DNA of 63,082 nucleotides, counting the filler, from Chiloscyllium plagiosum (Eukaryota), in assembly GCF_004010195.1 (NCBI RefSeq). It is 7 parts of one record of this genome, joined end to end, with 100 filler letters (N's around TTAATTAATTAA, not from the genome) between each part and the next. Parts side by side here need not be neighbours in the genome. Positions count along the whole stretch, not along the records: positions 30,494 to 44,281 come from NC_057714.1; positions 44,382 to 48,661 come from NC_057714.1; positions 48,762 to 54,892 come from NC_057714.1; 4 more parts are not named here. One strand, written 5' to 3'. The position numbers and the translations under genes were made by a program. Below the pieces are notes generated by a model. The model saw only the letters and a program-made list of their open reading frames with translations, was not told the DNA's origin and searched no databases. Of this stretch, positions 39,601-54,600 are shown piece by piece (the first letter of the stretch is position 1; each line of letters starts with the position of its first letter).

Positions 39601-42600
39601 CCACATGCTCACTCTGCTCCCCACTCCGGGACTCGGCCCACAAGTTCACTCTGCTCCCTGCTCCGGGACTCGGACCACACACTCACTCTGATCCCCAGTC
39701 CGGGACTCGGATCATATGCTCACTCTGCTCCCCACTCCAGGACTCGGCCCACATGCTCAATCTGCTCCCCACTCCTGGACTCGGCCCACACACTCACACT
39801 GTTCCTCTCTCCGGGACTCGACCCACATGCTCACTCTGCTCCCCACTCCGGGTCTCAGCCCGGACACTCACTCTGCTCCCCGCTCCAGGATTCGGCCCAC
39901 ATGCTCACTCTGCTCCGTACTCCAGGACTCGGCAAAATCGCTCACTCTGATCTCCACTCCAGGACTCGGCCCACATGCTCACTCTGCTCCCCATCCAGGA
40001 CTCGGCCCAATCGCTCACTCTGATCCCCACTCTAGGACTCGGCCCACATGCTCACTCTGCTCCCCACTCCAGAACTCGGCCTCGCCCGCGCACACTGCTC
40101 CAGGACTCAGCCCACATGCTCACTCTGCTCCCTGCTCCAGGACTCAGCCCACATGCTTACTCTGCTCCTACTCCAGGACCCGGCCCACATGCTCACTCCG
40201 GAGGCCTCTCCGGGACTCGGACCACACACTCACACTGTTACCCACTCCGGGACTCGGATCACACACTCACTCTGATCCCCACTACGGGACTCGGACCACA
40301 CACTCACTCTGATCCCCGCTCCAGGACTCGGATCATATGCTCACTCTGCTCCCCACTCAGGAACTCGGCCCACATGCTCACTCTGCTCCCCACTCCTGGA
40401 CTCGGACCACACACTCACACTGTTCCTCACTCCGGGACTCGGCCCACATGCTCACTCTGCTCCCCACTCCGGGTCTCAGCCCGGACACTCACTCTGCTCC
40501 CCTCTCCAGGATTCGGCCCACAGGCTCACTCTGCTCCGTACTCCAGGACTCGGCCCACATGCTCACTCTGCTCTCCACTCCAGGACTCGGCCAACATGCT
40601 CACTCTGCTCCCCACTCCCGCACTCAACCCACACACTCACGCTGCTCCCCACTCCAGGACACGGCCAATCGCTCACTCTGATCCCCACTCGAGGACTCGG
40701 CCCACATGCTCACTCTGCTCCCCACTCCAGAACTTGGCCCACACGCTCACTCTGCTCCCCAATCCAGGATTCGGCCCAACCGCTCACTCTGATCCCCACT
40801 CTAGGACTCGGCCCACATGCTCACTCTGCTCCCCACTCCAGAACTTGGCCCACAAGCTCACTCTGCTCCCCACTCCAGGACTCGACTCACAAGCTCACTC
40901 TGCTCCCAACTCCAGGACTCGACTCACAAGCTCAGTCTGCTCCCCACTCCAGGACTCGTCCCACACACTCACTCTGCTCCCCACTCCAGAACAAGGGCCG
41001 AGCCCACGCACTCTGCTCCAGGACTCAGCCCACATGCTTACTCTGCTCCCTGCTCCACGACTCAGCCCACATGCTTACTCTGCTCCCCTCTCCAGGACTC
41101 AGCCCATATGCTCACTCGGTTCATAAATCCAGGACTCAGCCCGCACGCTCACTCTGCTCCCCATTCCGAGACTCCGTCCACACGTTCACTCTTCTCTCCA
41201 CTCTAGGTCTCAGCCCACATGCTCACTCTGCTCCCCCCTCTGGGACTCGGCCCACATGCTCACTCTGCTCTCCACTCCAGGACTCGACCCACACACTCAC
41301 TCTGCTCCCAGCTCCAGGACTCGGCCCACATGCTCACTCTGCTCACCACTCCGGGACTCGGACCACACACTCACTCTGCTCACCACTCAGGGACTCGGAT
41401 CACACACTCACTCTGCTCCCCGCTCCAGGACTCGGATCATATGCTCACTCTGCTCCCCACTCCTGGACTCGGCCCACACACTCACACTGTTCCTCACTCC
41501 GGGACTCGGCCTACATGCTCACTCTGCTCCCCACTCCGGGTCTCAGCCCGGACACTCACTCTGCTCCCCGCTCCAGGATTCGGCCCACTTGCTCACTCTG
41601 CTCCGTACTCCAGGACTCGGCCCAAATGCTCACTCTGCTCTCCACTCCAGGACTCGGCCCACATGCTCACTGCTCCCCACTCCCGCACTCAACCCACACA
41701 CTCACTCTGCTCCCCACTCCAGGACACGGCCAATCGCTCACTCTGATCCCCACTCGAGGACTCGGACCACATGCTCACTCTGCTCCCTGCTCCAGGACTC
41801 AGCCCACATGCTCACTCTGCTCCCCACTCCAGGACACGGCCCACATGCTCACTCCGGATGCCTCTCTAGGACTCGGCCCACACGCTCAATCTGCACTACG
41901 TGCGAGGACCCGGCCCACATGCACTCTCTGCTCCCCTCTCCAGGACTCAGCCCATATGCTCACTCGGTTCCTCAATCCAGGACTCAGCCCGCACGCTCAC
42001 TCTGCTCCCTATTCCGAGACTCCGCCCACACGCTCACTCTGCGCCCCACTCCTGGACTCGGCCCACATGCTCACTCTGCTCCCTACTCCGGGACTCAGCC
42101 CACATGCTCACACTGATCCCCCCTCCGGGACTCGGCCCACATGCTCACTCTGCTCCCCACTCCAGGAATCGGCCCACATGCTCACTCTGCTCCCTACTCC
42201 GGGACTCAGCCAACATGCTCACACTGATCCACCCTCCGGGACTCGGCCCACATGCTCACTCTGCTCCCCACTCCGGGACTCAGCCCACATGCTCACACTG
42301 ATCCCCCCTCCGGGACTCGGCCCACATGCACACTCTGCTCCCCACTCCAGGACTCAGCCCACATTCTCACTCTGCTCTCCACTCCAGAAGTTGGCCCAAA
42401 CACTCACTATGCTCCCCACTCCAGGACTCGGCCCACACACTCACTCTGCTCCCCACTCCAGGACTCGGCCCAATCGCTCACTCTGATCCCGAGGACTCTG
42501 CCCACATGCTCACTCTGCTCCCAACTCCAGAACTTGGCCCACACGCTCAGTCTGCTCCCCACTCCAGGACTCGTCCGACACACTCACTCTGCTCCCCACT

Positions 42601-45600
42601 CCAGAACCCGGCCTAGCCCACGCACCCTGCTCCAGGACTCAGCCAACATGCTCACTCTGCTCCCTGCTCCAGGACTCAGCCCACATGCTTACTCTGCTCC
42701 GCACTCCAGGACTCGGCCCACATGCTCACTCCGGACGCCTCTCCAGGACTCGGCCCACACGCTCAATCTGCACTACGTGCGAGGACCCGGCCCACATGCA
42801 CTCTCTGCTCCCCTCTCCAGGACTCAGCCCATATGCTCACTCGGTTCCTCAACCCAGGACTCTGCCCACACGCTCACTATGCTCCCCACTACAGGACTCG
42901 GCCCACATGTTCACTCTGCTCCCTACTCCGGGACTCGGCCCACATGCACACTCTGCTCCCCACTCCAGGACTCAGCCCACATTCTCACTCTGCTCTCCAC
43001 TCCAGGAGTTGGCCCACACACTCACTATGCTCCCCACTCCAGGACTCGGCCCACACACTCACTCTGCTCTCCACTCCAGGACTCGGCCCACACACTCACT
43101 CTGCTCCCCACTCCAGGACTCGGCCCAATTGCTCACTCTGATCCCCACTCGAGGACTCTGCCCACATGCTCACTCTGCTCCCAACTCCAGAACTTGGCCC
43201 ACACGCTCACTCTGCTCCCCACTCCAGGACTCGGCCCAATCGCTCACTCTGATCCCCACTCTAGGACTCAGCCCACATGCTCACTCTGCTCCCCACTCCA
43301 GAAATTGCCCACACAGTCACTCTGCTCCCCACTCCAGGACTCGGCCCACACACTCACACTGTTCTCCACTCCGGGACTCAGCCCACATGCTCGCTCTGAC
43401 CCCACTCCAGGACTCGGCCCACAAGCTCACTCTGCTCCCTACTCCAGGTCTCGGCCCACACACTCACTGTGCTGCCCGATCCAGGACTCGGCCCAAATGC
43501 TCACTGTGCTCCCCACTCCAGAACTCGGCCTCGCCCGCGCACACTGCTCCAGGACTCAGCCCACATGCTTACTCTGCTCCTACTCCAGGACCCGGCCCAC
43601 ATGCTCACTCCGGACGCCTCTCCGGGACTCGGACCACACACTCACACTGTTCCCCACTCCGGGACTCGGATCACACACTCACCCTGATCCCCACTCCGGG
43701 ACTCGGACCACACGCTCACTCTGCTCCCCGCTCCAGGACTCGGATCACACACTCACCCTGATCCCCACTCCAGGACTCGGCCCACATGCTCACTCTGCTC
43801 CCCACTCCAGGACTCGGCCCACACGGTACACTGCTCCACACTCAGGGTCTTAGCGCACACGCTCAGTCTGCTCCCCACTCCAGGACTCGGATCACACACT
43901 CACCCTGATCCCCACTCCAGGACTCGGCCCACATGCACACTCTGATCCCCACTCCAGGACTCGGCCCACAAGCTCACTCTGCTCCCTACTCCAGGACTCG
44001 GCCCACACACTCACTGTGCTGCCCGATCCAGGACTCGGCCCAAATGCTCACTCTGCTCCCCACTCCAGAACTCGGCCTCACCCGCGCACTCTGCTCCAGG
44101 ACTCAGCCCACATGCTCACTCTGCTCCCTGCTCCAGGACTCAGCCCACATGCTTACTCTGCTCCTACTCCAGGACCCGGCCCACATGCTCACTCCGGACG
44201 CCTCTCCGGGACTCGGACCACACACTCACACTGTTCCCCACTCCGGGACTCGTCCCACATGCTCACTCTGCTCCCCACTCCNNNNNNNNNNNNNNNNNNN
44301 NNNNNNNNNNNNNNNNNNNNNNNNNTTAATTAATTAANNNNNNNNNNNNNNNNNNNNNNNNNNNNNNNNNNNNNNNNNNNNTCTGCTCCCCACTCCGGGT
44401 CTCAGCCCGGACACTCACTCTGCTCCCCGCTCCAGGATTCGGCCCACAGGCTCACTCTGCTCCGTACTCCAGGACTCGGCCCACATGCTCACTCTGCTCT
44501 CCACTCCAGGACTCGGCCTACATGCTCACTCTGCTCCCCACTCGCGCACTCAACCCACACACTCACTCTGCTCCCCACTCCAGGACATGGCCAATCGCTC
44601 ACTCTGATCCCCACTCGAGGACTTGGCCCACAAGCTCACTCTGCTCCCCACTCCAGGACTCGACTACCAAGCTCAGTCTGCTCCCCACTCCAGGACTCGG
44701 CCCACACGGTACACCGCTCCACACTCCAGGACTCAGCCCACATGCTCACTCTGCTCCCTGCTCCAGGACTCAGCCCACATGCTTACTCTGCTCCCCTCTC
44801 CAGGACTCGGCCCACATGCTTACTCTGCTCCCCTCTCCAGGACTCGGCCCACAAGCTCATTCTGCTCCCTACTCCAGGACTCGGCCCACAAGCTCACTCT
44901 GCTCCCTACTCCAGGACTCGGCCCACATGCTCACTCTGCTCCCCACTCCAGAACTTGGCCCACATGCTCACTCTGCTCCCCACTCCAGAACTTGGCCCAC
45001 ATGCACACTCTGCTCCCCACTCCAGAACTTGGCCCACAAGCTCACTCTGCTCCCCACTCCAGGACTCGACTCACAAGCTCAGTCTGCTCCCCACTCCAGG
45101 ACTCGGCCCACACGGTACACCGCTCCACGCTTGGGTCTCAGCGCACACGCTTTCTCTGCTCCCCACTCCAGGACTCGTCCCACACACTCACTCTGCTCCC
45201 CACTCCAGAACAAGGGCCGAGCCCACGCAATCTGCTCCAGGACTCAGCCCACATGCTCACTCTGCTCCCTGCTCCAGGACTCAGCCCACATGCTTACTCG
45301 GTTCATAAATCCAGGACTCAGCCCGCACGCTCACTCTGCTCCCTATTCCGAGACTCCGTCCACACGTTCACTCTTCTCCCCACTCCAGGTCTCAGCCTGC
45401 ACGCTCACTCTGCTCCCTACTCCGGGACTCGGCCCACATGCTCACTCTGCTCTCCACTCCAGGACTTGGCCCACACACTCACTCTGCTCCCCACCCCAGG
45501 ACTCGGCCCACATGCTCACTCAGGACGCCTCTCCAGGTCTCGGCCCACACGCTCACTCTGCTCACCACTCCGGGACTCGGACCACACACTCACTCTGCTC

Positions 45601-48600
45601 CCCGCTCCAGGACTCGGATCATATGCTCACTCTGCTCCCCACTCCAGGACTCGGCCCACATGCTCACTCTGCTCCCCACTCCTGGCCATGGCCCACACAC
45701 TCACACTGTTCCTCACTCCGGGACTTGGCCTACATGCTCACTCTGCTCCCCACTCCGGGTCTCAGCCGGGACACTCACTCTGCTCCCCGCTCCAGGATTC
45801 GGCCCACAGGCTCACTCTGCTCCGTACTCCAGGACTCGGCCCACATGCTCACTCTGCTCCCTGCTCCAGGACTCAGCCCACATGCTTACTCTGCTCCTAC
45901 TCCAGGACCCGGCCCACATGCTCACTCCGGACGCCTCTCCGGGACTCGGACCACACACTCACACTGTTCCCCACTCCGGGACTCGGATCACACACTCACT
46001 CTGATACCCACTCCGGGACTCGGACCACACACTCACTCTGCTCCCCAATCCAGGATTTGGATCATATGCTCACTCTGTTCCCCACTCCAGGACTCGGCCC
46101 ACATGCTCACTCTGCTCCCCACTCCAGGACTCGGCCCACAAGCTCACTCTGCTCCCTGCTCCAGGACTCGGCCCACACACTCACTGTGCTGCCCGATCCA
46201 GGACTCGGCCCAATTGCACACTCTGCTCCCCACTCCAGAACCCGGCCTCGCCCGCGCACTCTGCTCCAGGACTCAGCCCACATGCTCACTTACTCCAGGA
46301 CTCGGCCCACATGCTCACTCTGCTCCCCACTCCAGAACTCGGCCTCGCCCGCGCACTCTGCTCCAGGACTCAGCCCACATGCTTACTCTGCTCCTACTCC
46401 AGGACCCGGCCCACATGCTCACTCCGGACGCCTCTCCGGGACTCGGACCACACACTCACTCTGATCCCCACTCCGGGACTCGGATCACACACTCACTCTG
46501 ATCCCCACTCCGGGACTCCGACCACACACTCACTCTGATCCCCGCTCCAGGACTCGGATAATATGCTCACTCTGCTCCCCAATCCAGGACTCGGCCCACA
46601 TGCTCACTCCGCTCCCCACTCCGGATCTCAGCCCGGACACTCACTGTGCTCCCCGCTCCAGGATTCGGCCCACAGGCTCACTCTGCTCCGTACTCCAGGA
46701 CTCGGCCCACATGCTCACTCTGCTCTCCACTCCAGGACTCGGCCTACATGCTCACTCTACTCCCCACTCCCGCACTCAACCCACGCACTCACTCTGCTCC
46801 CCACTCCAGGACACGGCCAATCGCTCACTCTGATCCCCACTCCAGGACTCCGCCCACATGCTCACTCTGCTCCCCACTCCAGGACTCAGCCCAAACGCTC
46901 ACTCTGCTCCCCACCCCAGGACTCGGCCCACATGCTCACTCAGGACGCCTCTCCAGGACTCGGCCCACACGCTCACTCTGCTCACCACTCCGGGACTCGG
47001 ACCACACACTCACTCTGCTCACCACTCAGGGACTCGGATCACACACTCACTCTGCTCCCCGCTCCAGGACTCGGAACATATGCTCACTCTGCTCCCCACT
47101 CCAGGACTTGGCCCACATGCTCACTCTGCTCCCCACTCCTGGGCTCGGCCCACACACTCACACTGTTCCTCAATTCCAGGACTCGGCCCATATGCTCACT
47201 CTGCTCTCCACTCCAGCACTCGGCCCACATGCTCACTCTGCTCCCCACTCCTGGACTAGGCCCACACACTCACACTGTTCCTCACTCCGGGACTCGGCCT
47301 ACATGCTCACTCTGCTCCCCACTCCGGGTCTCAGCCCGGACACTCACTCTGCTCCCCGCTCCAGGATTCGGCCCACTTGCTCACTCTGCTCCGTACTCCA
47401 GGACTCGGCCCACATGCTCACTCTGCTCTCCACTCCAGGACTCGGCCCACATGCTCACTGCTCCCCACTCCCGCACTCAACCCACACACTCACTCTGCTC
47501 CCCACTCCAGGACACGGCCAATCGCTCACTCTGATCCCCACTCGAGGACTCGGCCCACATGCTCACTCTGCTCCCCACTCCAGAACTTGGCCCACACACT
47601 CACTCTGTTCCCCAATCCAGGATTCGGCCCAACCGCTCACTCTGATCCCCACTCTAGGACTCGGCCCACATGCTCACTCTGCTCCCTGCTCCAGGACTCT
47701 GCCCACATGCTTACTCTGCTCCCCACTCCAGGACTCGGCCCACATGCTCACTCTGGACGCCGTGCGAGGACCCGGCCCACATGCACTCTCTGCTCCCCTC
47801 TCCAGGACTCAGCCCATATGCTCACTCGGTTCCTCAATCCAGGACTCAGCCAGCACGCTCACTCTGCTCCCTATTCCGAGACTCCGCCCACACGCTCACT
47901 CTGCTCCCTACTCCAGGACTCGGTCCACATGCTCACTCTGCTCCCCACTCCAGGACTCGGCCCACATGCTCACTCTGCTCACTCTGCTCACTCTGCTCCC
48001 TACTCCGGGACTCAGCCCACATGCACACACTGATCCCCCCTCCGGGACTCGGCCCACATGCTCACTCTGCTCCCCACTCCAGGACTCAGCCCACATTCTC
48101 ACTCTGCTCTCCACTCCAGGAGTTGGCCCAAACACTCACTATGCTCCCCACTCCAGGACTCGGCCCACACACTCACTCTGCTCTCCACTCCAGGACTCGG
48201 CCCACACACTCACTCTGCTCCCCACTCCAGGACTCGGCCCAATCGCTCACTCTGGTCCCCACTCGAGGACTCTGCCCACATGCTCACTCTGCTCCCAACT
48301 CCAGAACTTGGCCCACACGCTCACTCTGCTCCCCACTCCAGGACTCTGCCCAATCGCTCACTCTGATCCCCACTCTAGGACTCGGCCCACATGCTCACAG
48401 TGTTCCCCACTCCAGGACTCGTCCCACGTGCTCACTCTGCTCCCCACTCCAGGACTCGGCCCACAAGCTCACTCTGCTCCCTACTCCAGGACTCGGCCCA
48501 CACACTCACTGTGCTGCCCGATCCAGGACTCGGCCCAAATGCTCACTCTGCTCCCCACTCCAGGACTCGGCCCACACACTCACACTGTTCCCCACTCCAG

Positions 48601-51600
48601 GACTCGTCCCACGTGCTCACTCTGCTCCCCACTCCAGGACTCGGCCCACACGCTCACTCTGNNNNNNNNNNNNNNNNNNNNNNNNNNNNNNNNNNNNNNN
48701 NNNNNTTAATTAATTAANNNNNNNNNNNNNNNNNNNNNNNNNNNNNNNNNNNNNNNNNNNNACTCTGCTCCCCACTCCGGGTCTCAGCCCGGACACTCAC
48801 TCTGCTCCCCGCTCCAGGATTCGGCCCACTTGCTCACTCTGCTCCGTACTCCAGGACTCGGCCCACATGCTCACTCTGCTCCCCACTCCCGCACTCAACC
48901 CACACACTCACTATGCTCCCCACTCCAGGACACGGCCAATCGCTCACTCTGATCCCCACTCGAGGACTCGGCCCACATGCTCCCTCTGCTCCCCACTCCA
49001 GAACTTGGCCCACACGCTCACTCTGTTCCCCAATCCAGGATTCGGCCCAACCGCTCACTCTGATCCCCACTCTAGGACTCGGCCCACATGCTCACTCTGC
49101 TCCCCACTCCAGAACTTGGCCCACATGCTCACTCTGCTCCCCACTCCAGAACTTGGCCCACATGCACACACTGCTCCCCACTTCAGAACTTGGCCGACAA
49201 GCTCACTCTGCTCCCCACTCCAGGACTCGACTCACAAGCTCAGTCTGCTCCCCACTCCAGGACTCAGCCCACACGGTACCGCTCCACACTCCGGGTCTCA
49301 GCGCACACGCTCACTCTGCTCCCCACTCCAGGACTCGTCCCACACACTCACTCTGCTCCCCACTCCAGAACAAGGGCCTAGCCCACGCAATCTGCTCCAG
49401 GACTTAGCCCACATGCTCACTCTGCTCCCTGCTCCACGACTCAGCCCACATGCTTACTCTGCTCCCCTCTCCAGGACTCAGCCCATATACTCACTCGGTT
49501 CATAAATCCAGGACTCAGCCCGCACGCTCACTCTGCTCCCTATTCCGAGACTCCGTCCACACGCTCACTCTTCTCCCCACTCCAGGTCTCAGCCTGCACG
49601 CTCACTCTGCTCCCTACTCCCGGACTCAGCCCACATGCTCACTCTGCTCCCCACTCCGGGACTCGGCCCACATGCTCACTCTGCTCTCCACTCCAGGACT
49701 TGGCCCACGCACTCACTCTGCTCCCCACTCCAGGACTCGGCCCACATACTCACTCTGCTCTCCATTCCACATACTCCCAGCTCCAGGACTCGGCCCACAC
49801 GCTCACTCTGCTCCCCACTCCAGGACTCAGCCCAAACGCTCACTCTGCTCCCCACCCCAGGACTCGGCCCACATGCTCACTCAGGACGCCTCTCCAGGAC
49901 TCAGCCCGGACACTCACTCTGCTCGCCGCTCCAGGATTCAGCCCACGTGCTCGCTCTGCTCGCCACTCTGGGACTCGGTCCGCACACTCACTCTGATCGC
50001 CACTCCGGGACTCGGACCACACACTCATTCTGATCCCCGCTCCAGGACTCGTATCATATGCTCACTCTGCTCCCCATTCCAGGACTCGGCCCACACGCTC
50101 ACTCTGCTCCCCGCGCCTGGACACGGCCCACACACTCACACTGTTCCTCACTCCGGGACTCGGCCCACATGCTCACTCTGCTCCCCACTCCGGGTCTCAG
50201 CCCGGACACTCACTCTGCTCCCCGCTCCAGGATTCGGCCCACATACTCACTCTGCTCGCCACTCCAGGACTAGGCTCACATGCTCACTCTGCTCCCCACT
50301 CCCGCACTCGACCTACACACTCACTCTGCTCCCAGCTCCAGGACTCGGCCCAATCGCTCACTCTCATCCCCACTCGAGGACTCGGCCCACACTCTCCCAC
50401 TGCTCCCCACTCCAGAACTTGGCCCACACGCTCACTCTGCTCCCCACTCCAGGACTCAGCCCAATCGCTCACTCTGATCCCCACTCTAGGACTCGGCCCA
50501 CTTGCTCACTCTGCTCCCCACTCCAGAACTTGGCCCACATGCTCACTCTGCTCCCCACTCGAGAACTTGGCCCACACACTCACTCTGATCCCCACTCCAG
50601 GACTCGGCCCACACACTCACACTGTTCCCCACTCCGGGACTCAGCCCACATGCTCGCTCTGACCCCACTCCAGGACGCGGCCCACACACTCAAATGTTCC
50701 CCACTCCAGGACTCGGCCCACATGCTCACTCTGCTCCCCACTCCAGGACTCGGCCCACAAGCTCACTCTGCTCCCCACTCTGGGACTCGGCTCACAAGCT
50801 CACTCTGCTCCCTACTCCAGAACTCGGCCCACACGCTCACTCTGATCCCTTCTCCGAGACTCAGCCCACATGCTCACTCTGCTCTCCACTCCAGGACTCG
50901 GCCCACATGCTCACTCTGATCTCCACTCCAGGACTCGGCCCACATGCTCACTCTGCTCCCCACACCCGCATTCGACCCACACACTCACTCTGCTCCCAGC
51001 TCCAGGACACGGCCCAATCACTCACTCTGATCCCCACTCCAGGACTCGGCCCACATGCTCACTCTGCTCCCCACTCCAGAACTTGGCCCATATGCTCACT
51101 CTGCNNNNNNNNNNNNNNNNNNNNNNNNNNNNNNNNNNNNNNNNNNTTGACCCACACACTCACTCTGCTCCCCACTCCAGGACTCGGCCCACACACTCAC
51201 ACTGTTCCCCTCTCTGAGACTCAGCCCACATGCTCGCTCTGACCCCACTCCTGGACTCGGCCCACCCACTCACACTGTTCCCCACTCCAGGACGCGGATC
51301 ATATGCTCACTCTGGTCCCCACGCCAGGACTCGGCACACATGCTCACTCTGCTCCCCACTCCAGGACTCGGCCCACACACTCACACTGTTCCTCAATTCC
51401 AGGACTCGGCCCATATGCTCACTCTGCTCTCCACTCCAGCACTCGGCCCACATGCTCACTCTGCTCCCCACTCCCCCACTCGACCCACACACTCACTCTG
51501 CTCCCCACTCCAGGACTCGGCCAATCGTTCACTCTGATCCCCACTCCGGGACTCAGCCCACATGCTCGCTCTGACCCCACTCCAGGACTCGGCCCACCCA

Positions 51601-54600
51601 CTCACACTGTTCCCCACTCCAGAACTCGGCCCACATGCTCACTCTGCTCCCCACTCCAGGACTCGGCCCACAAGCTCACTCTGCTCCCTACTCCAGAACT
51701 CAGCCCACATGCTCACTCAGTTCCCCACTCCAGGACTCGACCCTTCAAGCTCACTCTGCCCATACGGTACACCGCTCCACTCTCCGGGTCTCAGCGCACA
51801 CGCTCACTCTGCTCCCCACTCCAGGACTCGTCCGACACACTCACTCTGCTCCCCACTCCGGGACTCGACCCACATGCTCACTCTGCTCCCTGCTCCTGGA
51901 CTCAGCTCACATGCTCACTCCGGACGCCTCTCCAAGACTCTGCCCACACGCTCAATCTGCACTACGTGCGAGGACTCGGCAAACATGCTTACTCTGCTCC
52001 CCTCAATCCAGGATTCAGCCAGCACGTTCACTCTGCTCCCTATTCCGAGATTCCACCCACACGCTCACTCTGCTCCCCACTCCAGGACTCGGTCCACATG
52101 CTCACTCTGCTCCCCCATCCGGGACTCGACCCACATGCTCACTCTGCTCCCCACTCTGGGACTCGGCCCACATGCTCACTCTGCTCCCCACTCCCGCACT
52201 CGACCCACACACTCACAATGCTCCCCACTCCAGGACTCGGCCCAATCGCTCACTCTGATCCGGCAAACATGCTTACTCTGCTCCCCTCTCCAGGACTCAG
52301 CCCATATGCTCACTCGGTTCCTCAATCCAGGATTCAGCCCGCATGCTCACTCTGCTCCCTATTCCGAGATTCCGCCCACACGCTCACTCTGCTCCCCACT
52401 CCAGGACTTGGCCCACATGCTCACTCTGCTCCCCCCTTCGGGACTCGACCCACATGCTCACTCTGCTCCCCACTCCAGGACTCGGCCCGGACGCTCACCC
52501 TGCTCCCCACTCCAGGACTCGGCCCGCACGCTCACTCTGCTCCCCACTCCAGAACTTGTCCCACAGGCTCACTCTGCTCCCCACACCAGGACTCAGCCCA
52601 ATCGCTCACTCTGATCCCCACTCTAGTACTCGGCCCACATGCTCACTCTGCTCTCCACTCCAGAACTTGGCCCACATGCTCACTCTGCTCCCCACTCCAG
52701 AACTTGGCCCACACACTCACTCTGATCCCCACACTGGGACTCAGCCCACATGCTCACTCTGCTCCCCACTCCAGAACTTGGCCCACACACTCACTCTGAT
52801 CCCCATTCCAGGACTCGGCCCACCCACTCACACTGTTCACCACTCCAGGACTCAGCCCACATGCTCACTCTGCTCCCCACTCCAGGACTCGGCCCACATG
52901 CTCACTCTGCTCCCCGCTCCGGGACTCGGCCCACATGCTCACTCTGCTCACTACTCCGGGACTCAGCCCACATGCTCACTCTGCTCCCCCCTCCGGGACT
53001 CGGCCCACATGCTCACTCTGCTCCCTACTCCAGGACTCGGCCCACATGCTCACTCTGCTCCCCACACCCGCATTCGACCTACACACTCACTCTGCTCCCA
53101 GCTCCAGGACTCGGCCCAATCGCTCACTCTGATCCCCACTCGAGGACTCGGCCCACATGCTCACTCTGCTCCCCACTCCAGAACTTGGCCCACACACTCA
53201 CTCTGCTCCCCACTCCAGGACTCGGCCCACACACTCACACTGTTCCCCACTCTGAGACTCAGCCCACATGCTCGCTCTGACCCCACTCCAGGACACGGCC
53301 CACCCACTCACACTGTTCCCCACTCCAGGACGCGGATCATATGCTCACTCTGGTCCCCACTCCAGGACTCGGCACACTTGCTCACTCTGCTCCCCACTCC
53401 AGGACTCGGCCCTCACACTCACACTGTTCCTCAATTCCAGAACTCGGCCCATATGCTCACTCTGCTCTCCACTCCAGGACTCGGCCCTCATGCTCACTCT
53501 GCTCCCCACTCCCCAACTCGACCCACACACTCACTCTGCTCCCCACTCCAGGACTCGGCCAATCGTTCACTCTGATCCCCACTCCGGGACTCAGCCCACA
53601 TGCTCGCTCTGACCCCACTCCAGAACTCGGCCCACATGCTCACTCTGCTCCCCACTCCAGGACTCGGCCCACAAGCTCACTCTACTCCCTACTCCAGAAC
53701 TCAGCCCACACGCTTACTCAGTTCCCCACTCCAGGACTCGACCCTTCAAGCTCACTCTGCCCATACGGTACACCGCTCCACTCTCCGGGTCTCAGCGCAC
53801 ACGCTCACTCTGCTCCCCACTCCAGGACTCGTCCGACACACTCACTCTGCTCCCCACTCCGGGACTCGACCCACATGCTCAATCTGCTCCCTGCTCCTGG
53901 ACTCAGCCCACATGCTCACTCCGGACGCCTCTCCAAGACTCTGCCCACACGCTCAATCTGCACTACGTGCGAGGACGGGACTCGGCCCACATGCTCACTC
54001 TGCTCACCACTCTAGGACTCGGCCCACATGCTCACTCTGCTCCCCACTCCGGGACTCGGCCCACATGCTCACTCTGCTCTCCACTCCAGGACTTGGCCCA
54101 CACGCTCACTCTGCTCCCCACTCTGGGACTCGGCCCACATGCTCACTCTGCTCTCCACTCCAGGACTCGACCCACACACTCACTCCGCTCCCAGCTCCGG
54201 GACTCGGCCCACATGCTCGCTCTGCTCGCCACCCCGGGACTCGGACCACATACTCACTCTGAACCCCGCTCCAGGACTCGGATCATATGCTCGCTCTGAC
54301 CCCACTCCAGGACTCGGCCCACCCACTCACACTGCTCCCCACTCTAGGACTCGGCCCACACACTCACACTGTTCCTCACTCCGGGACTCGGCCCACATGC
54401 TCACTCTGCTCCCCACTCCGGGTCTCAGCCCAGACACTCACTCTGCTCCCCGCTCCAGGACTCGGCCCACATGCTCACTCAGGACGCCTCTCCAGGACTC
54501 GGCCCAAACGCTCACTCTGCTCACCACTCGGGGACTCAGCCCACACGCTCACCCTGCTCCCTGCTCCAGAACTCAGCCCGGACACTCACTCTGCTCCCCA

